Shown: positions 11,091 through 21,606 of the stretch, piece after piece | How the letters are laid out: each line of letters opens with the position of its first letter | How positions within the stretch are numbered: the first letter of the stretch is position 1 | Assembly (NCBI GenBank): GCA_002269645.1 | Contig: NIVC01001368.1 | Location: 62,001 to 126,000 of the forward strand | Origin: Macrostomum lignano | Taxonomy: Eukaryota | DNA: 64,000 nucleotides | Direction: 5' to 3' | Translations under genes and position numbers: made by a program | Notes under the pieces: generated by a model | Databases searched by the model: none | Told to the model about the DNA's origin: nothing | The model's input: only the letters and a program-made list of their open reading frames with translations

Positions 11091-12266
11091 TCAGGCTGGG
11101 CGGCACACGCAGCCGGAGGCGCTGTCGCCTGTTCCGTTAGTCAGCGCGAGCCGCAGGCCGGCCTCCATCGGGTGGCGCTGCCTCCGTGACAGGCAGGCAG
11201 CGGCCAGGTGGCGGAAGGCGGCCTCAACATTCAGGCCAGTCTTGGCGGAGCACTCGAAGTAGCGCTCGGCATCGCTAGGCAGCTGCTGGGCGCTGCGCCA
11301 GGCGGCGACGCATCGGCCGGAAACCGCGCGGCTGCCCGTGGGCAGGTCGGCCTTGTTACCCAGCAACAGCAGCGGCGGCAAGGCGGCTGCGGATTCGAAC
11401 CCGGACCGTTCCGAGTCGAATTCCTGGCGCCAGTGTGTCAGGGAGGCGAGGCTGGCGGTGCTGGTCAGGTCGAACACTGCGGGAGGAGCGGGGCGGAGCT
11501 GCCAGGCGATCTGATTGATCAATCCATTTTCTTTAGACCCGTTTGAAAAGTTCAAGGCCTTTATTCTCTGTGCTGGTCCCCCCATCAGGGGAAGCTGTGG
11601 AGTTGGCAGAATCCCCTGACGATGTCATTGAAGATGGAAGCCTGGCGTACAGTCTCCACTTCAATCCGATCGCAGACCAACGCTTTTCTACTACTGACAC
11701 GAATTTCAACTCATATAGAAATTCTGTAGCAGCCAGAGGTTTAGTTTTCATGTGTAAATGTTTTCCACACGGCCCGCAATTCGGATGCCGCCGTCGAGGC
11801 TATGATGAGCCCCCACGAGTGGTTTACAATGAAGAATTTGGACGGCCCAACCCCATCTTTCAATACGCAATGATTTTGCCTGGCTTGCATGCCAGAACTG
11901 ATGATGCATTGCCAGAACAAATGCCCAGGCGCAAATGTCAGCACAAGAGCCCGCACCGAGCACGCAGCCGTCGGCCCCTCTGAAGTAGGCGCGGTTAAGC
12001 GACCTGAACCGCTCCTGCCCGGCCGTGTCCCACAGCTGCAGCGTCACCTCGGCTCCGCAGTTCAGCACCAGCCGCTTCATCAGCAGGTCCGAGCCGATGG
12101 TGGCCCGATAGATACCGTCTCCATGGAAACCGCTGTGAACCAGCCGGTGCAGCAGGGCCGTCTTGCCGACGCCGGCATCGCCCAAGACAACAATTTTGAC
12201 GCTGGCCAGCCGGCACTGCGGGCGCTGGTTGGGCAAATTGTCAAAGCATTGGGCAGAGTGCGGCAC
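11091..12266 (-). CDS. Divergent Rab7/Rab9-like small GTPase; exons ~12266-11957 and 11476-11091; true start not identified
   Basis: GDAGVGKT (G1), YRATIGSD (switch I), WDTAGQERF (G3), GNKAD (G4), ECSAK (G5), C-terminal GCVCRPA. Intron CVL G|GTGCGG...CGCAG|TG lies at the same position as in the neighbouring RAB7. No in-frame ATG before the upstream TGA. Confidence 0.8.
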
Positions 12267-12457
12267 AAAGACTGGGGCTTGTCCGCTAGACTGGAATGCT
12301 CGCCCCCTGGGGCCTTGCAGACAGACAGCTCCCGGACTTCAGACAGCAAGCAAATACATTGCACGGTTATCTGAGTTCTTGGCAATTGACAATTCAAATT
12401 CCAACTCGGCAAATGTGACTTTAACTTTTTTATTAATTCCCGTAGAGACGGCCTTCT

Positions 12458-15400
12458 ACCAATTCCCATTGAGACTCGGTATTTCACCAATTCCCATTGA
12501 GACTCAGTGTTTTACAAATTCCCATTGAGACTCGGTATTTCACCAATTCCCATTGAGACTCGGTGTTTTACCAATTCCCATTGAGACTCGGTATTTCACC
12601 AATTCCCATTGAGACTCGGTGTTTCACCAATTCCCATTGAGACTCGGTGTTTCACCAATTCCCATTGAGACTCGGTGTTTTACCAATTCCCATTGAGACT
12701 CGGTGTTTTACCAATTCCCATTGAGACTCGGTGTTTCACCAATTCCCATTGAGAGTCGGTGTTTCACCAATTCCCATTGAGACTCGGTGTTTCACCAATT
12801 CCCATTGAGACTCGGTGTTTCACCAATTCCCATTGAGACTCGGTGTTTTACCAATTCCCATTGAGACTCGGTATTTCACCCATTCCCATTGAGACTCAGT
12901 GTTTCACCAATTCCCATTAAGACTCGGTGTTTCACCAATTCCCATTAAGACTCGGTGTTTTACCCATTCCCATTGAGACTCGGTGTTTCACCAATTCCCA
13001 TTGAGACTCGGTGTTTCACCAATTCCCATTGAGACTCGGTGTTTTACCAATTCCCATTAAGACTCTGTGTTTTACCAATTCCCATTGAGACTCGGTGTTT
13101 CACCAATTCCCATTGAGACTCGGTGTTTTACCCATTCCCATTGAGACTCGGTGTTTCACCAATTCCCATTGAGACTCGGTGTTTTACCCATTCCCATTGA
13201 GACTCGGTGTTTCACCAATTCCCATTGAGACTCGGTGTTTCACCAATTCCCATTAAGACTCGGTGTTTTACCAATTCCCATTGAGACTCGGTGTTTTACC
13301 AATTCCCATTGAGACTCGGTGTTTCACCAATTCCCATTGAGACTCGGTGTTTCACCAATTCCCATTAAGACTCGGTGTTTTACCAATTCCCATTGAGACT
13401 CGGTGTTTCACCAATTCCCATTGAGACTCGGTGTTTTACCCATTCCCATTGAGACTCGGTGTTTCACCAATTCCCATTGAGACTCGGTGTTTTACCAATT
13501 CCCATTGAGACTCGGTGTTTCACCAATTCCCATTGAGACTCGGTGTTTCACCAATTCCCATTAAGACTCGGTGTTTTACCAATTCCCATTGAGACTCGGT
13601 GTTTTACCAATTCCCATTGAGACTCGGTGTTTCACCAATTCCCATTGAGACTCGGTGTTTTACCAATTCCCATTGAGACTCAGTGTTTTACCAATTCCCA
13701 TTGAGACTCGGTGTTTTACCAATTCCCATTGAGACTCGGTGTTTCACCAATTCCCATTGAGACTCGGTGTTTTACCAATTCCCATTGAGACTCGGTGTTT
13801 CACCAATTCCTATTGAGACTCAGTGTTTTACCAATTCCCATTGAGACTCGGTGTTTTACCAATTCCCATTGAGACTCGGTGTTTTACCCATTCCCATTGA
13901 GACTCGGTGTTTTACCAATTCCCATTGAGACTCGGTGTTTTACCAATTCCCATTGAGACTCGGTGTTTTACCAATTCCCATTGAGACTCGGTGTTTCACC
14001 AATTCCCATTGAGACTCGGTGTTTTACCAATTCCCATTGAGACTCGGTGTTTCACCAATTCCCATTGAGACTCGGTGTTTCACCAATTCCCATTGAGACT
14101 CGGTGTTTCACCAATTCCCATTGAGACTCGGTGTTTTACCAATTCTCATTAAGACTCGGTGTTTCACCAATTCCCATTAAGACTCGGTGTTTTACCAATT
14201 CCCATTGAGACTCGGTGTTTCACCAATTCCCATTAAGACTCGGTGTTTTACCAATTCCCATTAAGACTCGGTGTTTCACCAATTCCCATTGAGACTCGGT
14301 GTTTTACCAATTCCCATTGAGACTCAGTGTTTTACCAATTCCCATTGAGACTCAGTGTTTCACCAATTCCTATTAAGACTCGGTGTTTTACCAATTCCCA
14401 TTAAGACTCGGTGTTTCACCAATTCCCATTGAGACTCGGTGTTTTACCAATTCCCATTGAGACTCGGTGTTTTACCAATTCCCATTGAGACTCGGTGTTT
14501 CACCAATTCCCATTGAGACTTGGTGTTTTACCAATTCCCATTGAGACTCGGTGTTTTACCAATTCCCATTGAGACTCGGTGTTTCACCAATTCCCATTAA
14601 GACTCGGTGTTTCACCAATTCCCATTAAGACTCGGTGTTTCACCAATTCCCATTGAGACTCGGTGTTTTACCCATTCCCATTGAGACTCAGTGTTTTACA
14701 AATTCCCATTGAGACTCGGTGTTTCACCAATTCCCATTGAGACTCAGTGTTTTACCAATTCCCATTGAGACTCGGTGTTTCACCCATTCCCATTGAGACT
14801 CGGTGTTTTACCCATTCCCATTGAGACTCGGTGTTTCACCAATTCCCATTGAGACTCGGTGTTTTACCCATTCCCATTGAGACTCGGTGTTTTACCAATT
14901 CCCATTAAGACTCGGTGTTTTACCAATTCCCATTGAGACTCGGTGTTTCACCAATTCCCATTGAGACTCGGTGTTTTACCAATTCCCATTGAGACTCGGT
15001 GTTTCACCAATTCCCATTGAGACTCGGTGTTTCACCAATTCCCATTGAGACTCGGTGTTTCACCAATTCCCATTGAGACTCGGTGTTTCACCAATTCCCA
15101 TTGAGACTCGGTGTTTCACCCATTCCCATTGAGACTCGGTGTTTTACCCATTCCCATTGAGACTCGGTGTTTTACCCATTCCCATTGAGACTCGGTGTTT
15201 TACCAATTCCCATTGAGACTCGGTGTTTCACCAATTCCCATTGAGACTCGGTGTTTTACCAATTCCCATTGAGACTCAGTGTTTTACCAATTCCCATTGA
15301 GACTCGGTGTTTCACCAATTCCCATTGAGACTCGGTGTTTCACCAATTCCCATTGAGACTCGGTGTTTTACCAATTCCCATTGAGACTCGGTGTTTCACC

Positions 15401-17308
15401 AATTCCCATTGAGACTCGGTGTTTCACCAATTCCCATTGAGACTCGGTGTTTTACCAATTCCCATTGAGACTCGGTGTTTTACCCATTCCCATTGAGACT
15501 CGGTGTTTTACCAATTCCCATTGAGACTCGGTGTTTCACCAATTCCCATTGAGACTCGGTGTTTTACCAATTCCCATTGAGACTCGGTGTTTTACCAATT
15601 CCCATTGAGACTCGGTGTTTTACCAATTCCCATTGAGACTCGGTGTTTCACCAATTCCCATTGAGACTCGGTGTTTTACCAATTCCCATTGAGACTCGGT
15701 GTTTTACCAATTCCCATTGAGACTCGGTGTTTCACCAATTCCCATTGAGACTCGGTGTTTCACCAATTCCCATTGAGACTCGGTGTTTCACCAATTCCCA
15801 TTAAGACTCGGTGTTTCACCAATTCCCATTAAGACTCGGTGTTTTACCAATTCCCATTGAGACTCGGTGTTTCACCAATTCCCATTAAGACTCGGTGTTT
15901 TACCAATTCCCATTAAGACTCGGTGTTTCACCAATTCCCATTGAGACTCGGTGTTTTACCAATTCCCATTGAGACTCAGTGTTTTACCAATTCCCATTGA
16001 GACTCAGTGTTTCACCAATTCCTATTAAGACTCGGTGTTTTACCAATTCCCATTAAGACTCGGTGTTTCACCAATTCCCATTGAGACTCGGTGTTTTACC
16101 AATTCCCATTGAGACTCGGTGTTTTACCAATTCCCATTGAGACTCGGTGTTTCACCAATTCCCATTGAGACTTGGTGTTTTACCAATTCCCATTAAGACT
16201 CGGTGTTTTACCAATTCCCATTGAGACTCGGTGTTTCACCAATTCCCATTAAGACTCGGTGTTTCACCAATTCCCATTAAGACTCGGTGTTTCACCAATT
16301 CCCATTGAGACTCGGTGTTTTACCCATTCCCATTGAGACTCAGTGTTTTACAAATTCCCATTGAGACTCGGTGTTTCACCAATTCCCATTGAGACTCAGT
16401 GTTTTACCAATTCCCATTGAGACTCGGTGTTTTACCCATTCCCATTGAGACTCGGTGTTTCACCAATTCCCATTGAGACTCGGTGTTTTACCCATTCCCA
16501 TTGAGACTCGGTGTTTTACCAATTCCCATTAAGACTCGGTGTTTTACCAATTCCCATTGAGACTCGGTGTTTCACCAATTCCCATTGAGACTCGGTGTTT
16601 TACCAATTCCCATTGAGACTCGGTGTTTCACCAATTCCCATTGAGACTCGGTGTTTCACCAATTCCCATTGAGACTCGGTGTTTCACCAATTCCCATTGA
16701 GACTCGGTGTTTCACCAATTCCCATTGAGACTCGGTGTTTCACCCATTCCCATTGAGACTCGGTGTTTTACCCATTCCCATTGAGACTCGGTGTTTTACC
16801 CATTCCCATTGAGACTCGGTGTTTTACCAATTCCCATTGAGACTCGGTGTTTCACCAATTCCCATTGAGACTCGGTGTTTTACCAATTCCCATTGAGACT
16901 CAGTGTTTTACCAATTCCCATTGAGACTCGGTGTTTTACCAATTCCCATTGAGACTCGGTGTTTTACCAATTCCCATTGAGACTCGGTGTTTTACCAATT
17001 CCCATTGAGACTCGGTGTTTCACCAATTCCCATTGAGACTCGGTGTTTTACCAATTCCCATTGAGACTCGGTGTTTCACCAATTCCCATTAAGACTCGGT
17101 GTTTCACCAATTCCCATTGAGACTCGGTGTTTTACCAATTCCCATTGAGACTCGGTGTTTTACCAATTCCCATTGAGACTCGGTGTTTCACCAATTCCCA
17201 TTGAGACTCGGTGTTTCACCAATTCCCATTGAGACTCGGTGTTTCACCAATTCCCATTGAGACTCGGTGTTTTACCAATTCCCATTGAGACTCGGTGTTT
17301 TACCAATT
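12458..17308 (+). repeat. 28-bp satellite (CCAATTCCCATTGAGACTCGGTGTTT(C/T)A)n, ~173 copies
   Basis: Continuous array with few point variants; no spacers. Confidence 0.98.
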
Positions 17309-18668
17309 AGCCTCAAGACTTGGCATCGAGCCAAGTTCCTCTTGAGCGTTGGAATTTTGAGCAACTCCCCTCGAGTATTGGGTTTTGATCAACTTCCTTT
17401 GATGCCTGGCATTGGGGCTGAGCACAGAGTCGATAAATCATTGCAAACAAACGCAAGAGACAGCATAAGCGCCACAGTGTTGATAATCTTGCACAGATTC
17501 GCATTTATTACAACAAATTGCTACAGAATCGGTCTGCACTCTGCACACAAAAATAAACTGACGGTGCGCTAAAAGAGTAAAAACAAACAGTCGGAAAATT
17601 TCAATTTTAGCTGAGGTGGTGTGATAAAGACCCACTGAGGCTCCAATCCAAAAGTCCTGTCAAAGTGCGCCGAATCTGTCATGATGAAACAAGCAGTGCG
17701 AGCTTGAAGCAGAAAAAAGAGTTGATGAAAAGCCGCGGTATCCATATACTAAAAATATAATGCTGTAATTCGTTGATCAGAATATTGCCAAAAATCTCTG
17801 CTTAAAATGCCAAATGAACAAGCGACAGAATTATGAGCACACAGCAGGGTGCGCTGCCCCGAGATTCTCAGCGAGACAGCCAGGGCCACTCAGGAAAAAG
17901 CGTCAGATTAAAAACAAATTTCAGCATTCAACTGAAATTGAACGCGCAAGTGTGGAGTAGGACAATAATCTACATGCCAAGATGAGGAACTTTAAAATAT
18001 ATGAATAATATTGCAGAGCCGAGGTTGTCACACACAGCAATGGCGAGAACACCAAATAAAACAGATCTGGATAAAGTTGATGAAGGTGGGGAACTAAAAC
18101 AGGCGCAGGGCTTGCGGTGCCCATTGTGTACAGCTCAAATTATACAGGCGGGGGGTAAAGGGAATTAACGAATTTCGCTTGTAGCAGCAGCCTTGGCGCT
18201 CGGGGCAAGCAGGCGAAGACCCACTCGGGTCATTTGCTTCGAACTCAGGACTGCCACATGGACTCAAGGAATTGAGTTGTGCAACAAAGGAAAGTATAAA
18301 TTCGCATGCAATAAGCAAAACAGAAGCCAGAATTAGCGCATCCTGGATGAGTGCTCAGCTCTGAGCAGCGTCAATCGCTTCTGTTGGGAGTCAAGCGGGC
18401 CGGACCAAGAAATTGGAAACCCGGCCGATGTTTTCGAATAGACTAAAGAGAAAGGCGGAGCAAAGTCTCCCAGAATGCCGGCTGCTCAACAGATTCACAA
18501 TGGTAGAACAGGCTGCGCTTACAGCCCTGTGTAAGTTATCTGTGTGAAGAACTTTGCACCGCTGATCCCTTCAGCCATTTCAAAACGATTAAATTGGCCA
18601 GGATTGGCCGTTTGAAGGGAAGCGCCGGTTCCATTTCCCCCAACTCTCCCAGTCAGAGGAAGCCACAC

Positions 18669-20245
18669 TCAGCACTGGCAGGCCCGGTGTCCGGAGTTCG
18701 AGTCTGCATCGCCGGCCCGCAGCTGGATGGCCGCGGGAATTTCGGCAGCCGCAGCCTCATCGGCGGCAACAGCGGAGGTCTCGCGGGCCAGGGCGATGCG
18801 GGCTAGCGAACAGAAGGCCTCGTCCACGTTGACGGCCTCCTTGGCGGAGCACTCGATGTAGGGCATGCCGCTCTTGCACTGAGCCCACTGGGCGGCCCGC
18901 TTCTTCGTGACGGAGCGGCTCTCCAGGTCCACCTTGTTGCCGATCAGGATGAAGGGGAATTTGTCCGGGTCGCGGGGCCCCGCCTGCACCAGGAATTCGT
19001 CGCGCCACGAGTCCAGCGACTTGAACGAGTTTGGTTGAGTGACGTCGTACACTGGGGTGAGGCGATGGGCGGGTGGCTGGCTATGCTACTGGCAGTAATG
19101 CATATAACATTTTCACTGTATAAACCCATTAATGGAAGAATACTAAATGCTCTGCTTGTGCTTGGCCTGAACAGATAACACGCTCAAGAACAATAGCTGG
19201 TGGCATTCCCGATGAAAACGGTACCTATGCCAAGAAGCGTTCCAGAGTCACCCGAGTCACCCCAGAGTCACTGCAGATGACACAGGTAAAATAGGAAAGA
19301 ATCAACTCTAAACGACTAAAACGCCGAGATGTCACGGTACAAGTCGCCAAAAATTCGTCAAGTTGCCCGACTCAAAAAGTCGTTTTGTTGTCTGCGACTC
19401 TGGGGCGGCGGTATAACAACTCTGGGGTCGTAGAGTCGTATCTAAGGCATGCTGGAGTCGCTGTAGAGTCCCTGAGTTGTGTTTAAAGCGCATTTGCGTC
19501 GCTTGTCGCATTAGAGTCGCGTCTTTAGCAAAAGTTAAGCACCAACACAACGATTCTTGGGCGACTCTTTCGCAACTCTTTAACTCACGTGATGCGCTTG
19601 GCTCGTGACGCAAAGGTTGCCTCTCCGTCGCATTAGACGCAAGAGTCGCTTGTCACTAGAGAATTGTTTGTAATGACTTTTTAGCGATTTTTTCACGGTA
19701 TCGTTTTCAATGGGATTATGTAACGCTAGGGTTCACCAGGGTGATGTTGAATAAGCTTTACAATAAGCTTCCGAGGACTGTACATGTACAGCTTCCAGAG
19801 CGCTGAGTCTCATCACGGGGGGAGGTGCAAATCTGTATTTCTACCTGCTCACGACAGGGTGAGCTGATTGGCCAGCACTTCCAGTGTGGCTGCTCTGAGG
19901 GCGCTCTAAGGATGCTTAACTTCTGAGTTGCAGACACATGCTACTGCAAGTAGGTGAAGCAAACAGCCAAGCAAGACCCGCACCCAGCACGCAAGCGTCG
20001 GCTCCGCGGAAGTAGAAAGCGCCAAGCGACCTGAACCGGTCCTGGCCGGCCGTGTCCCACAGCTGCAGCGTCACCGGCCGGCCATCGATGCAGACGTCCT
20101 TGGTGAGGAAGTCCACGCATACGGTAGTTTTGTAATACTGGGTGAAGCTGTTCTTCACCAGCCTGTGCAGCAGCGCGGTCTTGCCGACTCCCTGGTCGCC
20201 CAGGATGATGGCTTTGATCAGCGTGCGCTTCGGCTGGGTGGCCAT
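18669..20245 (-). CDS. RAB7: Rab7-like GTPase; exons 20245-19984 and 19051-18669
   Basis: [23 protein letters not shown]...DFLTKDV...[13 protein letters not shown]...RGADACVL|VYDVT...[33 protein letters not shown]...[10 protein letters not shown]...CQC*; the WRDEFL-Q and RDP-FPF segments are Rab7-diagnostic. Confidence 0.88.
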
Positions 20246-20419
20246 CGCTGCGGCCGGCCTCCAAGTCTGCCTGTTGGTCCGATTGTTGGCTGCTGTTGAC
20301 TCTGGTGCGCTCGCGTTGGGCTCTGCTTGAGCCACCCGATTGCTGAAGAATGTCGCAATGAGGCTGCTTTTTGCATGTTCATGGGTTGCCTGACTCGCGA
20401 TTGCTCAGAGAGGGCAATT

Positions 20420-20512
20420 GATCACAGGGCTATTGTTCACACAGGGCGATTGTTCTTACAGGGCGATTGATCACACAGGTGCTTGTTCACACAGGGCGAT
20501 TTTTCACACAGA
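20420..20512 (+). repeat. Short degenerate tandem repeat (CACAGGGCGATTGTTC-like), ~5 copies
   Basis: Visible upstream of the RAB7 start. Confidence 0.7.
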
Positions 20513-21026
20513 TTTTGTTGCGCACAGATGCACAGAAAAGGTCACAAGCTAGCCTACGAGAATGGCATAGAAATTGAAAAAAGATGCGAAAACCCAGAGC
20601 AAAGCATTTCAGCATTCACAGTGTGGTATAATTAAAATTCATAGCCAATTACATTGTTAATCGCACCGAGAATTCATTGAATAAAATAAATTTAATAAAT
20701 AACAAAATAGCACGGATTATTTTGTGCAGAATTTGCGGCAACGCAACGCAGATTAGGAAATACGGGGGTAGAGAGGAAAGGGTAATGGGGTAGACTTGGG
20801 GGAAGGGTGGTAACTAAATGCTGCATTTTGAATAGATGGAGCGCAATCAAGGATTCATACAATACTTTGCAATGAGAACAGGGCTTCAAATACTAGATTA
20901 AAAACCGTGAGCTACTTCAACTGGGCAAATAATTTCTCAATTTATTTGCAGCCACACAACTTGATTAAAACCCACAGCTCGCAGGGACGTGCGGCAGTCT
21001 TGTCTAGATAGCCGGTTTTCGATTAG

Positions 21027-21538
21027 AATACGCCTAGGTCTCCTGTAATACGCCCAGGTCTCCTGCAATACGCCCAGGTCTCCTGTAATACGCCTAGATA
21101 TCCTGTAATACGCCCTAGATCTCCTGAAATACGCCTAGATCTCCTGTAATACGCCCTAGATCTCCTGAAATACGCCTAGATCTCCTGTAATACGCCCTAG
21201 ATCTCCTGTAATACGCCCTAGATCTCCTGAAATACGCCTAGATCTCCTGTAATACGCCTAGATCTCCTGTAATACGCCTAGATCTCCTGAAATACGCCCA
21301 GATCTCCTGAAATACGCCTAGATCTCCTGAAATACGCCTAGATCTCCTGAAATACGCCTAGATCTCCTGAAATACGCCTAGATCTCCTGTAATACACCTA
21401 GACCTCCTGTAATACACCTAGATCTCCTGTAATACGCCTAGATCTCCTGTAATACGCCTAGATCTCCTGTAATACGCCTAGATCTCCTGTAATACGCCTA
21501 GATCTCCTGTAATACGCCTAGATCTCCTGTAATACGCC
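21027..21538 (+). repeat. 20/21-bp minisatellite (AATACGCCTAGATCTCCTGT)n, ~25 copies
   Basis: Tandem array starting ~70 bp downstream of the RANGAP1 stop. Confidence 0.95.
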
Positions 21539-21606
21539 AATATGCAGAAAGTTCAAAGAAACAGGCAGAACGCGGGCCGCATCGCGTACTGAATTTGCGT
21601 CGCCGC

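Noticed and set aside
12458-17308. CRISPR-like array (28-bp repeat)
   Set aside because: Units are directly head-to-tail with no unique spacers, there are no cas genes, and the context is eukaryotic; it is a satellite.
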